Numbered from the stretch's first letter, positions 41,704 to 52,388 are shown. The stretch is 64,000 bases of DNA from a bacterium (GCA_963674595.2 CAXXFV010000009.1:154175-218174); one strand, 5' to 3'. Program-made: numbers and translations. Notes: generated by a model from the sequence alone, not told the origin.

Positions 41704-42480
41704 TTATTCTTTCAATTTTTGATTAACAGTTTTTATAACATCCCTGGCGCCCTGATGAATGAAAACATCATCCATGCCCAAAACCAGAAAATTGAATCCA
41801 CTTGCCATCGCATGGTCTATGGCTTCACTGTGAGTATTGACTACATGCAGACCAACCGCTTTTTTCAGTCTGTGGGCCGCAGAAATGATACGCTCAATGG
41901 CCTGTGTTACGGTCGGATGTTGCAATTGTCCGACAACGCCGTATGATCCGCTTAAATCATAGGGGCCGATCAAAACGCCGTCCAGTCCCTCTACAGCCAA
42001 TATTTCATCAATATTTTCAACACCTTGTTTACTCTCAATCATTACCAAAACGGCAATATCCTGGTTCGCTTTCGCAACGGATGCGTCAAAATTTATACCC
42101 CATTCATTACTGCGGCAAAAGGCAAAACCCCTTTTACCAGCGGGAGGATACAGGGCCGAAGCAACAGCCTGTCGTGCCTGGTCTGCCGTGTTAACAAGCG
42201 GAACAATGACACCACGCGCTCCCATATCCAGAACCTGGCGAATGGCAAGACAATCGTTTTCCCGGACACGGGCCAGAGGAACACAGGATTGTTTGTCCAT
42301 TGCTCTAAAAATGTTCGTCATTGTTGACAGACCAATATCACTGTGTTCAATATCAACGACAATCCATTTAAATCCTGATCCTGCCAAAACTTCTGCAACA
42401 GCAGGATGCCCGATCTGCATCCAGCCTCCAAAGGTAAATTGAAGTTCCTTTAAAGACTTTATAAAATTATTCGAATTCAC
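41704..42480 (-). CDS. HpcH/HpaI-family aldolase
   Basis: VDIEHS, LDMGARGVIVP, MIES, IGPYDLS. Confidence 0.93.
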   Translation of the reverse strand: MNSNNFIKSLKELQFTFGGWMQIGHPAVAEVLAGSGFKWIVVDIEHSDIGLSTMTNIFRAMDKQSCVPLARVRENDCLAIRQVLDMGARGVIVPLVNTADQARQAVASALYPPAGKRGFAFCRSNEWGINFDASVAKANQDIAVLVMIESKQGVENIDEILAVEGLDGVLIGPYDLSGSYGVVGQLQHPTVTQAIERIISAAHRLKKAVGLHVVNTHSEAIDHAMASGFNFLVLGMDDVFIHQGARDVIKTVNQKLKE

Positions 42481-42537
42481 TTTTTCACCATATAAATAAA
42501 ATTACAAGACATTATTTTAATATATCTGAAATTTCTT

Positions 42538-43194
42538 TTACATCATATCATGCTGGTTTAAAGCGGCCGCTTCATCTTGATAACCTCGACGAACATGCCT
42601 ACGCATCTCTGACTCTGCAAAGTCCGGATCGCCGTTTATAATGGCTGTTACCAATTTTTGGTGCCAGTTTTTTTCATCACTTGTCCAGTCGATGTGAAAA
42701 GCATTTGATAAAAGTACGGAATACAGGCTGATCTTTTTTACCAGGTCTATCAATTCATCACAGCGGGAGAGGGCCACAATTTTTTCATGCAATTTGTAAT
42801 GCAATTTTGCCTTTTCCGCTTTGGTCAGCTCATTTCCCAGTAGCTTCACATCACACTGTTTTGCCAGTTCAAGCAATTCATTTTTTTCCATATCATTCGC
42901 CTGACGCGCTACAATTCTCGCAGCCATTCCTTCCAGGGCTTCCCGAACAACATAACGGCCATATAATTTTTTCGGCGATATATCCTCAACCATCGCACCC
43001 CATTTTGGCTCTATACATACCAGCCCTTCATTTTCCAATATTCGTAACGCTTCCCGGACGACAATGGTTGTCGATTGGTATTTTTCTGCCAGTTTACGCT
43101 GAGGCAGCCTCTCACCCGGTTTAAATTCACCGCTTAATATCTCTTTTTTTATTATTTCGCTGATTTTTTGATTTTCAGTTTTTAACATTGACAT
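42538..43194 (-). CDS. GntR-family (FadR/FCD) transcriptional regulator
   Basis: ILSGEFKPGERL, VREAL..LENEGLV, REALE, MRRH. Confidence 0.93.
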   Translation of the reverse strand: MSMLKTENQKISEIIKKEILSGEFKPGERLPQRKLAEKYQSTTIVVREALRILENEGLVCIEPKWGAMVEDISPKKLYGRYVVREALEGMAARIVARQANDMEKNELLELAKQCDVKLLGNELTKAEKAKLHYKLHEKIVALSRCDELIDLVKKISLYSVLLSNAFHIDWTSDEKNWHQKLVTAIINGDPDFAESEMRRHVRRGYQDEAAALNQHDMM

Positions 43195-43197
43195 ATT

Positions 43198-44220
43198 CTA
43201 TCCTTCCTGATTAATACCTTTCAGTGAAAGCGAGTCCGCAAAATGACACTGAACAGTACATCTATTATCTAATTCACGAATTTCAGGTCGTATTTCATAA
43301 CACATCTTTTCAGCATACTGACAACATTTCGCATATTTACAACCTTTGTTATTCTGTGATTTTTTATTTTTAATTTTTGCATGTTCCCAATCTGTTAAAT
43401 TTGCCGCTTTAAGTAAGGCCTCGGTATACGGATGCCTTGGATGAGAGTAGAGGGAGGAGGCTGGACCGGTCTCTATAAATGATCCGCGATACATAACCGC
43501 AATGTGGTCGGCGATATGTTCAACAACACGCAGATCGTGGGAAATGAATAAATAACCCGTACCATATCGTTTTTGTATGTCCTGGAACAATTTTAAAATC
43601 TGTGCCTGTACGGAAACATCCAATGCCGATACCGGTTCGTCGCAAATAATGAGTTCAGGATTCAGGGCCAGTGCTCTGGCAATACTGACGCGCTGACGCT
43701 GACCTCCGCTTAATGCGTGAGGAAAACGATTCATCAAATGACAGTCCAATCCCACAGAGTCCAACAATTCGGCAACACGATTGTTAATAGTCGATTTTGT
43801 TCCAGTCTTGTGAAGCAGCAACGGTTCTGAAACAATATCCCGGACCCGCATTCTCGGATTTAAACTATTGTATGGGTCCTGAAAAACCATTTGTAAATGC
43901 CTTCTCAAAGGACGCAATGATTTTTGGCTCATTTTTGAAATATTTAAAGAACGCTCGTTAATATTCAGGATGATCTCGCCGCTGTCCACATCAAGCGCTC
44001 TGACCAGACATTTTGATACAGTCGATTTTCCGGAACCCGACTCTCCAACCAGTCCGAATGTCGTTGAACGTGGAATTGCAAAGCTGACATTATCAACAGC
44101 GGCGATAAATTCTTTGCTTTTGCTGAATAAATTCTGATGGACCGGAAAATATTTTAAAAGCTTACGGACCTCTAACAAATTTTTGTCGTTATGATTAATA
44201 TTTTGTTCTCTCACATTCAT
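43198..44220 (-). CDS. Oligopeptide/oligosaccharide ABC transporter ATP-binding protein (OppF-like)
   Basis: GESGSGKS, LSGGQRQR, DEPVSALD. Likely start MNVREQ at 44220. Confidence 0.93.
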   Translation of the reverse strand: MNVREQNINHNDKNLLEVRKLLKYFPVHQNLFSKSKEFIAAVDNVSFAIPRSTTFGLVGESGSGKSTVSKCLVRALDVDSGEIILNINERSLNISKMSQKSLRPLRRHLQMVFQDPYNSLNPRMRVRDIVSEPLLLHKTGTKSTINNRVAELLDSVGLDCHLMNRFPHALSGGQRQRVSIARALALNPELIICDEPVSALDVSVQAQILKLFQDIQKRYGTGYLFISHDLRVVEHIADHIAVMYRGSFIETGPASSLYSHPRHPYTEALLKAANLTDWEHAKIKNKKSQNNKGCKYAKCCQYAEKMCYEIRPEIRELDNRCTVQCHFADSLSLKGINQEG

Positions 44221-44233
44221 TAACGTTCCACGT

Positions 44234-45211
44234 TTAATCATATAACCGGCAACGGACAAAATGTCCGGATTCAATTTCTGTTTCTTTGGGTATATTTTCG
44301 TCGCATCGGCCTTTGATAAAAGCCGGACAACGATCAGAAAATGCACATGCCTGCGGCAGATTGATCGGGACCGGAATATGTCCTGCCATTGCCTTTAGTG
44401 TTTTTTTACCAAATCTCGGAATAGAATCAATTAAACCCTGCGTGTAAGGGTGTCCCGGATTTGAAAATATCTGGCTGGCTGTGCCTCGTTCAACGATCCT
44501 GCCTAAATACATGACAAATACAATGTCTGAAATGGCTGTTATGACATCAAGATTATGACTGATGTATAAAACAGACATGTCCATTTCTTCGTATAAGGAT
44601 TTTAAAAGCTGTAAAATTTGTGTTTGGGTCGTTACATCAAGCGCTGTTGTCGGTTCATCCGCCAACAAAATCCCTGGTTTGTGAAGCAGGGCCATTGCAA
44701 TGATAACCCGTTGTAATAGTCCGCCGGACATTTGATGCGGATATTGATTGAACTGGTGCTGCGGCCTGGGCATGCCGACCATGTCGAGCATGTCGAGACA
44801 ATTCAATTTAGCCTGTTTATAGGATATTTTTTTATGTGCCCGCAGGGCTTCTACCATTTGTTTGCCGATACGATAAACAGGAGACAGGGCAGCAAACGGT
44901 TCCTGGAAAATCATGGCAATTTCCCGTCCACGTATTTGTCTTAATTGTTTGCTATTCGGTAAAAGTTGAACAAGGTCGGTTTTGTGATCATTTTGATAAT
45001 AATCGATCTTGCCGTTTACCGTACAGATGTCAGGCAACAGTCCCAGTATGGCGCGGCATGTGATGCTTTTACCGCTTCCGGATTCACCAACCAGACCGAT
45101 AATTTGTTTTTTATGCAGCGTTAAAGATAAATCGGAAACAGCCTGCAGTCTGCCGATATGCAGAGCAAATTCAACGGATACATTTTTAATATTTAGAATT
45201 ACATCCGACAT
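44234..45211 (-). CDS. ABC transporter ATP-binding protein (OppD-like)
   Basis: GESGSGKS, MSGG, DEPTTALD, HPYTQGL. Confidence 0.93.
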   Translation of the reverse strand: MSDVILNIKNVSVEFALHIGRLQAVSDLSLTLHKKQIIGLVGESGSGKSITCRAILGLLPDICTVNGKIDYYQNDHKTDLVQLLPNSKQLRQIRGREIAMIFQEPFAALSPVYRIGKQMVEALRAHKKISYKQAKLNCLDMLDMVGMPRPQHQFNQYPHQMSGGLLQRVIIAMALLHKPGILLADEPTTALDVTTQTQILQLLKSLYEEMDMSVLYISHNLDVITAISDIVFVMYLGRIVERGTASQIFSNPGHPYTQGLIDSIPRFGKKTLKAMAGHIPVPINLPQACAFSDRCPAFIKGRCDENIPKETEIESGHFVRCRLYD

Positions 45212-45217
45212 ATCAGG

Positions 45218-46312
45218 TTATACCTTGTAAGGATCGACGGCATCTCTCAAGCCGTCACCAATAAAATTAAACAACAACACCGTAAAAATTACAAAGACAC
45301 CGGGTATCAGCCGCCAGGGATACATGGCAATGCTGACGATATTTTGTGAATCCTGCATCAGGGAACCCCAGCTTACCGCCGGTGAACGAATGCCCAGTCC
45401 GAGAAAACTCAGGGCCGTTTCCGCCAGGATCATATTGGGAACGGCCAGGGTTAAATGAACGATTAAATAACTTGAAACGCCGGGCAGCAGGTGTTTGAGA
45501 ATGATATGTGTGTTGCCCGCTCCTGATAATCGTGAGGCTGTAACAAAATCGTGTTCTTTTAACTCTAAAAATTTTCCGCGTACCACACGCGCCAGGGAAG
45601 GCCAGCTCATAAAGGATAATATCAACGTTATTGCCAGATATACTTTTATCGGCGACCAGTCCCGGGGAACGGCTGCGCTAAGTCCCATCCACAACGGAAT
45701 GGTCGGTATGGATAGAAAAATTTCAATTAATCTCTGGAACAATGCATCGATCTTTCCGCCAATGTAACCTGAAATACCGCCGAGAATGATGCCTAAAATC
45801 ATGCTGATTATCACACCCCCAAATCCGATTGTTAAACTAACCAAACTGCCGGATAAAATTCTTGAAAATAAATCTCTTCCCAAACGGTCCGAACCGAATA
45901 AAAACAGTTTTCCTTCTCCTGCGCCAAAAAAATGACGATTGCACTCTAAACCGAAAATTTTATATGTAAATCCTTTGGTAAAAAAGTCCAGCTTGTACAG
46001 TATTGTTGTGTCGTCCTTAAAAACACGTTTGTATGTCGTTTGGTCGATAATGCCGGTTTGTTTATAAACAAAAGGTCCTTTGAAATGTCCCTTATGATCA
46101 AACAGGTGTATTTTTGTCGGAGGCGCATCAATGTGTGAAATGTTTTGTTCTCCGGGATCATAGGGAATCCAGAATTTATGGGTAAAAGCGGACACATACA
46201 GCATTAGCAATAAAACAAGACAAACACGTGCTACACGGTGTTTTTTAAATTTGATCCACATAAGCTGACGGGGTGATAACCAGTCATATAAATTTGTATT
46301 CCGGTTTTTCAT
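45218..46312 (-). CDS. ABC transporter permease (OppC-like)
   Basis: FGSDRLGRDLFSR, ETALSFLGLG, IGDGLRDAVDP. Confidence 0.93.
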   Translation of the reverse strand: MKNRNTNLYDWLSPRQLMWIKFKKHRVARVCLVLLLMLYVSAFTHKFWIPYDPGEQNISHIDAPPTKIHLFDHKGHFKGPFVYKQTGIIDQTTYKRVFKDDTTILYKLDFFTKGFTYKIFGLECNRHFFGAGEGKLFLFGSDRLGRDLFSRILSGSLVSLTIGFGGVIISMILGIILGGISGYIGGKIDALFQRLIEIFLSIPTIPLWMGLSAAVPRDWSPIKVYLAITLILSFMSWPSLARVVRGKFLELKEHDFVTASRLSGAGNTHIILKHLLPGVSSYLIVHLTLAVPNMILAETALSFLGLGIRSPAVSWGSLMQDSQNIVSIAMYPWRLIPGVFVIFTVLLFNFIGDGLRDAVDPYKV

Positions 46313-47304
46313 CTTACTTTTCCTGCCAGACGAATGCGCGGATCAACAGCCGCCAGTAATAAATCAGAGACGAGCGTACCGATCAATGTCATCATGACCA
46401 GGATCATAATGATACTGCCGGCAAGATACATATCCTGACTGAGCAAAGCATTTAATAACAAGGGGCCTAATGTCGGGAGAGCGAGAACAATTGCTGTCAC
46501 CGTCTCTCCGGATATGGCACGGGGCAATTGCCAGCCAATTGTGCTGACAATCGGGTTTATGGCCACGCGCACCGGATGGCGAAAAAGTGTTTGATTTTCT
46601 GTGAGGCCTTTGGCTCGTGCGGTGATAACATATTGCTTTTCAAGTTCATCCAAAAGCGTCCCGCGCATAATGCGCATAACACTCGCTGTTCCGGCTGTTC
46701 CGATCACAAAAATGGGTACAAATAAATGTTTTAACAAATCCCATGTTTTTGCCAGGCTCATCGGCTCCATGACAAACTCGGGTGAATAAAGTCCGCCGAT
46801 GCCCACACCAAAAAAATGATAGAGAAAATACATTAACACCAGTGCCAGCATAAAATTCGGCGTGGACAAGCCAAATAATCCCAATACCGACAAGATATAA
46901 TCAATCGGTTTATACTGATTTTTCGCAGCGAGCGTGCCTAAAAAGATGGCAACCGGATACATGATCAACAGCGAACCCACAGCAAGCAAGATTGAAAAGG
47001 GCAGACGATCCTTAATTAAATCAGAGACCGGTTTTCGGTACTCAAATGATTGTCCCATGTCTCCCTTTAAAAAACGAAATATCCAGTGTGTATATTGCGA
47101 CACAAAACTTTTATCCAGACCATAATAAACGCGAAGGGCTTGAGCTTCTTCCATACTGACAACATCGCCTTGAGAAGCCAGGGTTTCGATATAGGATGTT
47201 AAAAAATCACCAGGTGGAAGTTGTATGATTGCAAAGACGATGACACTCAGAATGAAAAATGTCACAATCATGTATAAAACGCGGTTTATTAAAAATTTTA
47301 ACAT
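46309..47304 (-). CDS. ABC transporter permease (OppB-like)
   Basis: LPPGD, GDMGQSF, YVITARAKGL, DPRIR. Start MLKFLINR at 47304. Confidence 0.93.
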   Translation of the reverse strand: MLKFLINRVLYMIVTFFILSVIVFAIIQLPPGDFLTSYIETLASQGDVVSMEEAQALRVYYGLDKSFVSQYTHWIFRFLKGDMGQSFEYRKPVSDLIKDRLPFSILLAVGSLLIMYPVAIFLGTLAAKNQYKPIDYILSVLGLFGLSTPNFMLALVLMYFLYHFFGVGIGGLYSPEFVMEPMSLAKTWDLLKHLFVPIFVIGTAGTASVMRIMRGTLLDELEKQYVITARAKGLTENQTLFRHPVRVAINPIVSTIGWQLPRAISGETVTAIVLALPTLGPLLLNALLSQDMYLAGSIIMILVMMTLIGTLVSDLLLAAVDPRIRLAGKVR

Positions 47305-47326
47305 AACAGATCCTGTAAATCCGGAT

Positions 47327-49318
47327 TTAATGGTCTGGATTTTTAAAGTAAAATGTTTGAACATTATACGGTGATGTGAAACCAATATCATCACCCCAAT
47401 AGAGCGGTCCGGTCGGGATATTTCCGAGTTCAGAATTGACCAGCATGGGAACGGGTGCCATGCCCACCGTTCCGATAAACAGCAACTCGTCTGCAAAAAA
47501 TTTGTAATATTCTTTACCCAGATTGTTATAGACCGCACTTCCGGCTTGAGCTTTTACAAACTGATCAAACAGCTTTTTATGTTTTTTTATAGCGTTTGGC
47601 GGCTCAACTCCTTCTTTGCCCTGTGTTTGGAACCATCGTACATAACCGCCGCCCCATAAATTCCAAAGGTCATCATAACCGAACCACATGGGCTGGGACC
47701 GCCCGTAGGGCAAAACCGCTCTGCCCACATGCCATGTTGTCACTTCAAGCTGGTTCCACGAGTTACGTCGTTCGGAAAAAAGATCGCGGGAAACGATTTG
47801 GATTCGCGCATCAATACCTATGTCAAGCCAGTTAGCTGCGACAATCTCTGCAATATCTGATTTGGATCCGGTTTGATCACCGATTTCAATGTTTATACTA
47901 ATCCGGCCTTTTCCGCCAGAGCGCAGCCTGAAACCCTGGGAATCACGTTGTAATCCAAGCGAATCCAAAATTACGTTAGCACGTTCAGGATTATATTCAC
48001 AATACTTTTTATTCCATTCCTGCTGATAAAAATCGGTCAGGGGATAAATGGTAGCCTGTCCCGGTTCGGCCATGCCGTAAAAGACAGCCTGATTGATGGC
48101 GTTACGGTCAATAGCATAGGACAATGCAATACGAAAACGTTTATTTTGAAAGAGTTTTTTCAGTACCGGATCATTAATCGTCTGGTTCGGAAACAGGGCA
48201 AGTTCTGAAGTTCGTAAACTTTTGAGAAACAATAACCGGAATTTCCCCTTTTTGGTAACGTTCTTTAAAATCGGCAGGTCTTTTAAATCAAGATAATAAA
48301 CAGCAAGATCAATCTCTCCGGACATAATTTTCAAAAGCTGTACCTGTCTGTCGCCGGTCAGATCTCCGTACACATAATCAATAAAGGGAAGTTGCCGCCC
48401 TGTTGAATCCGTTGCATGATAATAGGGATTGCGTTCATAAATAACACGCAGTGTATTTTGTTTTTTTTTGATCCAGGGATCGAGTGACGGAACACTGTCA
48501 CCTGTTTGTTCATCTCTGCCGTTCATTAAAATATTTGAGAACCTTTGCGCCCAGTCCCGGAAACCGAGTTCTTTTGCCTCCTGGTCCGCTTTGGGATTAT
48601 AGCGTATATGATATTTTTTAAAAAAATGTTTGGGCAGCATGAGCCCGTCGCCGCTTGCCCGTGAATGCCAGGCCCGACCAAAGCGGTCCATGATTACCGG
48701 ATTAGGCAATGCAAAAGTAATTTGAATTTCTGTTTCACTGATTGCTTTAAACACAGGCGGTTGATTGTCCGCCAGCCACCAGCCCGGTAATATGGGTTTG
48801 AGTTGTTCGCAGCAATACCAGTCATTCCAGCAAAACATCATATCTTCAGTTGTAAAGGGACGGCCGTCGGACCATTTGTGGCCGGGGCGCAGTTCGATGG
48901 TCAGTGTTTTCAGGTCATTTGACCAGGAAAAAGATTTGGCGATATCCGGGATAATTTGTGATGCGTCCATTGAATAAGTAAAAAGACCCGCATGAACAAT
49001 TGTTTCCAGCCATTTGAGACGGTCTGTCTGTACTTCACCGGCTGTTAACGCCCCTCCATAAATACCGGTTTTATCCGGGGTATTTATAATACGCGGGGTC
49101 AATGGCAGTCGTTGGGACAGTGGCGGTAATTCATTTTTAGCTACCTGCTGTGCCAGCATGGGGGCTTGCAATCCGTTTTGAAAAACCTTTTTTACCGGAC
49201 TTTTTTTTTCTTTTTGGTCCTGGCAGCCTATGACAAGCAGCGCTGCAATTAATATTGTTATTAAGAAATTGACCACGGTCCTGAATTGGATTATTAAATT
49301 ATTTACCATAACTGCCAT
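47327..49318 (-). CDS. Family-5 ABC substrate-binding lipoprotein
   Basis: Lipobox VIGC, LPPLSQRLP, KWSDGRPFT, RNPYY, FRIALSYAIDR. Confidence 0.92.
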   Translation of the reverse strand: MAVMVNNLIIQFRTVVNFLITILIAALLVIGCQDQKEKKSPVKKVFQNGLQAPMLAQQVAKNELPPLSQRLPLTPRIINTPDKTGIYGGALTAGEVQTDRLKWLETIVHAGLFTYSMDASQIIPDIAKSFSWSNDLKTLTIELRPGHKWSDGRPFTTEDMMFCWNDWYCCEQLKPILPGWWLADNQPPVFKAISETEIQITFALPNPVIMDRFGRAWHSRASGDGLMLPKHFFKKYHIRYNPKADQEAKELGFRDWAQRFSNILMNGRDEQTGDSVPSLDPWIKKKQNTLRVIYERNPYYHATDSTGRQLPFIDYVYGDLTGDRQVQLLKIMSGEIDLAVYYLDLKDLPILKNVTKKGKFRLLFLKSLRTSELALFPNQTINDPVLKKLFQNKRFRIALSYAIDRNAINQAVFYGMAEPGQATIYPLTDFYQQEWNKKYCEYNPERANVILDSLGLQRDSQGFRLRSGGKGRISINIEIGDQTGSKSDIAEIVAANWLDIGIDARIQIVSRDLFSERRNSWNQLEVTTWHVGRAVLPYGRSQPMWFGYDDLWNLWGGGYVRWFQTQGKEGVEPPNAIKKHKKLFDQFVKAQAGSAVYNNLGKEYYKFFADELLFIGTVGMAPVPMLVNSELGNIPTGPLYWGDDIGFTSPYNVQTFYFKNPDH

Positions 49319-49327
49319 GATTTATTT

Positions 49328-51253
49328 TTAATTACCCGTTTTTTCGAGGGATAAAACAGTTGTCTGGAATTCATCCAGTATTAAAAATTTATCGTCATAA
49401 TTTCTATTATTGTTGTCGCTGGTATAGGTTTTTGTTATTTTCCACCCGTTTTTTATCATCATCGGTGTCTGGATTTTTTTGTTCGAATAGTTGATGCAAA
49501 CAATCCAAACAAAATTTTCATCTTTTCGATGTTCTGTAACACCTATGTATGGTTCATTAATTGTGATTAATTTTTCTAAAAGTATGTTTTTCAACCAAAT
49601 GCGATAAAAGTTGTGAACAGATGTCTCGTTATTAAAAATAAAAGGCTGATTAGCACAAGCCTTTTCCAACGGAACACCCAGAAAATAAACGCTGCCCTTG
49701 CCACAGGATGTTTCTGTAAAAACAGGATTTTCGTCTTCTTCAGCAGCAATGACATGCGCAGACGTGGATTCAATATTTAATTTGTGCACCGCTTCACCTT
49801 GCCAGGTCCCGCTCGTGTCGGCTGTATTTAAATGAATTGAAACCGGTCCGGTGCGTTTTTCTTTGGAATGGACCTCAACACTGCATATATCATTAAACGA
49901 ACTCAGAAAACCGCCGTCATAAGAGATATACAGCGTGGCGCCTCCTTTGACGCGTTTTAACAGTTCAGACATGTTGTCTTTCCAGATAACATCGGTTCCT
50001 GTGATACATGGGAGCAAGTAGGCTAAAGCCGGTTTTAAAGGCTGATCATGGTATTGAAATTCAATTTCCAGTCCGGCTTGTTTGGCCAGTACAAATGCAC
50101 TAAAGGCCACAGCCCAGTGGTCCTGGTCCTTGCTCAGAATACAAACTGCATCAGTTGAACGGGCGGGAAGATTAATGTTATTCTTTAAAAAATTGTTAAA
50201 CTCTTTTATTTCAAAAACGAGCGGTTTGGGTGTTCCATTGTTTTTTACAAGTCCGAGCTCCCGTTCTATGGCTTTCCATTGATAGGGTGTCGAATCAAGA
50301 TGGTCCTGATCAAAAGCACACCACCATAAAAGCGCACGGCAATCGTGTGCCCACAATGAATACAGATTAGTCCGTAAAAATTCAGCGGTTTTTTTTTCTC
50401 CGGCAACCATGGGCCCGAGTGTCCCCATTTCCTCTGCAAAACACTTTTTACCGCTGATGTTGTTGTAAAAAATCGATTCGGCCGTCGCATGTAATAAAGG
50501 TCTCATGGTATTTGCCGGTTCCTGGTCACAGTAAGGCGTAAAAAGGGGGTAGGGATGTGTTGTCAGTATATCGGTAAGCTCACCCTGGTCCTGTATCCTC
50601 CAGACTCCGTCCAGAGTAAGGCCATGCATCCCGGATATAACCGGTCTTTTGGGGTCAATTGATCGAATGGCGTTGGAAATGGCGCTGGTCCATAACCAGC
50701 TTTTGGATTGCTCGTCGATCTTTTCCATAACATTGCATTCATTGCCCAGGTCCCAGCCGACAATAGCCGGTTCATTACAAAATGTTTTAACAAAGGTTTT
50801 TACAAAACGAGTTTGCCACATCAGTGAGTCAGGGTCTGTTAAAATATTTTTATTATATAATACCGGTGGAATGAAAAGTCGTCCGCTCATCCAGCCGTTT
50901 ATCAGGGACACCACAAGCTGAATGCCATTATTCTCAGCGGTTTTTACAAGAAAGGAGAACCGTTGCATCATGGTTTCGTCTATACCGGCAAGCGCATATT
51001 CTTCATGCGTGAAACTATTCTCTCCATGACGTACCTGTACCAGACCCTCCGCGTCATAATGGGGCGTTATGGGTTGAAAATCAGGCCAAAGCGGAAAAAC
51101 GCGTAAAACCGTTAATCCCGCATCAGACAAAAGTTTCAAATCTTTTTCAACGACCTCAGGCTGCCAGTTTTTCCACATGGCTGTACCGGCATGAGATGCC
51201 CAGTAATTACATCCGGTTGAAAATTCACCTTCCTGCAGAAAATTTGTCATCAT
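49328..51253 (-). CDS. Clan GH-A glycoside hydrolase (GH5/GH2-like)
   Basis: GCNYWASHAG, LRVF, WDLGNE (acid/base), HPY, AEEMG (nucleophile), LWWC. Confidence 0.85.
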   Translation of the reverse strand: MMTNFLQEGEFSTGCNYWASHAGTAMWKNWQPEVVEKDLKLLSDAGLTVLRVFPLWPDFQPITPHYDAEGLVQVRHGENSFTHEEYALAGIDETMMQRFSFLVKTAENNGIQLVVSLINGWMSGRLFIPPVLYNKNILTDPDSLMWQTRFVKTFVKTFCNEPAIVGWDLGNECNVMEKIDEQSKSWLWTSAISNAIRSIDPKRPVISGMHGLTLDGVWRIQDQGELTDILTTHPYPLFTPYCDQEPANTMRPLLHATAESIFYNNISGKKCFAEEMGTLGPMVAGEKKTAEFLRTNLYSLWAHDCRALLWWCAFDQDHLDSTPYQWKAIERELGLVKNNGTPKPLVFEIKEFNNFLKNNINLPARSTDAVCILSKDQDHWAVAFSAFVLAKQAGLEIEFQYHDQPLKPALAYLLPCITGTDVIWKDNMSELLKRVKGGATLYISYDGGFLSSFNDICSVEVHSKEKRTGPVSIHLNTADTSGTWQGEAVHKLNIESTSAHVIAAEEDENPVFTETSCGKGSVYFLGVPLEKACANQPFIFNNETSVHNFYRIWLKNILLEKLITINEPYIGVTEHRKDENFVWIVCINYSNKKIQTPMMIKNGWKITKTYTSDNNNRNYDDKFLILDEFQTTVLSLEKTGN

Positions 51254-51280
51254 TATTCTTCAAATTAAGTTTAAATTTTA

Positions 51281-52303
51281 TTATGAATAAATGCCGTATT
51301 CATGACACGCTTTAATCATGGTAATTAAATTTTCCGCCTTGCAACTGGAATGGATGCTGTTGGAAGACGTTAAAATATAGCCGCCGCCTTTACCCGCGTC
51401 AACAATTGCCTGTCTGACGGCATCACGAACCTGCATCTCATTTCCAAAAGGCAGTAGTTGAGCACAATCGATATTTCCCGTTACACAAACTTTATCGCCG
51501 ATCAGTTGTTTTACCTTTTTTAATTCCATTCCGGCAACTGGCTCAAAGGGATTTAAACCATCGGCACCGCTTTCCACCAGATCGTCCAATAGTTCATAAA
51601 CATTTCCGTCCGAATGTTTAATACAATAGGCGCCTTCTTCATGGATCATATCTATCATTTTTTTTAAACGAGGCAAGATAAAATATTTAAAATGTTTGGG
51701 ACTCATAATCGGACCGGTATTATGGGCGTAATCATCCCCCAGGATGATAATTTCTGCACCGGCACGAATGGCATTTCGCACAATTTGCATGTTACATTCC
51801 AGGACCTTGTCCATAATGATTTCAACCGCATCCGGCATTGTGTGCATGAAGATTAAAAGATTTTCAATGTCCATAATATATGCAGACCACATAAAAGCGG
51901 CCCTGTGATGGAAACAAATGGCTCTTTTGCCTTTATACCTTTTTACAATATCTTTTAGTTGTGTTAATCGGCATGATTTGTTCGGATCAGGAGGGGTATA
52001 TGCTTTAGCCTCGGCCAGTGTATGCACCGGTCCGCGAAAAGGGTGGGGTATGGCTTCTTTATTTGTTTTATATTCAACGCCCCATTCATCGACAAATATT
52101 CCGGCTTGCGACAAGTCCTTTTTTTCAAAATAAGCACCGCAGCCGACACCGTCCATGTTTAACTGGTCCATACAATCCGCTACATCCAAACAGCCTGGGA
52201 CGGCGGCTTTTGCAACACTTGAATCTATGACAAATTCCAGAACCGGCACTCGGTCTGGCTGCTCACATCGAAGAGCGGTGAAAACACGTTCACGGGAGGT
52301 CAT
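51281..52303 (-). CDS. Uroporphyrinogen decarboxylase/MtaA-family (URO-D-like) protein
   Basis: MTSRERV...PDRVP, DEWG, GDDY, HSDG, GNID, GGGYILTSSNSI. Confidence 0.9.
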   Translation of the reverse strand: MTSRERVFTALRCEQPDRVPVLEFVIDSSVAKAAVPGCLDVADCMDQLNMDGVGCGAYFEKKDLSQAGIFVDEWGVEYKTNKEAIPHPFRGPVHTLAEAKAYTPPDPNKSCRLTQLKDIVKRYKGKRAICFHHRAAFMWSAYIMDIENLLIFMHTMPDAVEIIMDKVLECNMQIVRNAIRAGAEIIILGDDYAHNTGPIMSPKHFKYFILPRLKKMIDMIHEEGAYCIKHSDGNVYELLDDLVESGADGLNPFEPVAGMELKKVKQLIGDKVCVTGNIDCAQLLPFGNEMQVRDAVRQAIVDAGKGGGYILTSSNSIHSSCKAENLITMIKACHEYGIYS

Positions 52304-52330
52304 GGTAATATTCCTGTGTTGGAATAAATA

Positions 52331-52388
52331 TTAGTATATATGATATATTTGGTATACCATATATACTAAAATTCGATTTTAATGTCAA
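52331..52388 (-). promoter_or_regulatory. Promoter/operator of the glycan cluster: TTGACA -35 and GntR-type palindrome
   Basis: Minus-strand TTGACA at 52388-52383, perfect palindrome TGGTATACCA at 52350-52359, and 12-bp inverted repeat TTAGTATATATG/CATATATACTAA at 52331-52369. Confidence 0.7.

Noticed and set aside
51281-52303. hemE or mtaA gene symbol
   Set aside because: The context is sugar catabolism and diagnostic motifs are not evident, so only the fold family is supported.
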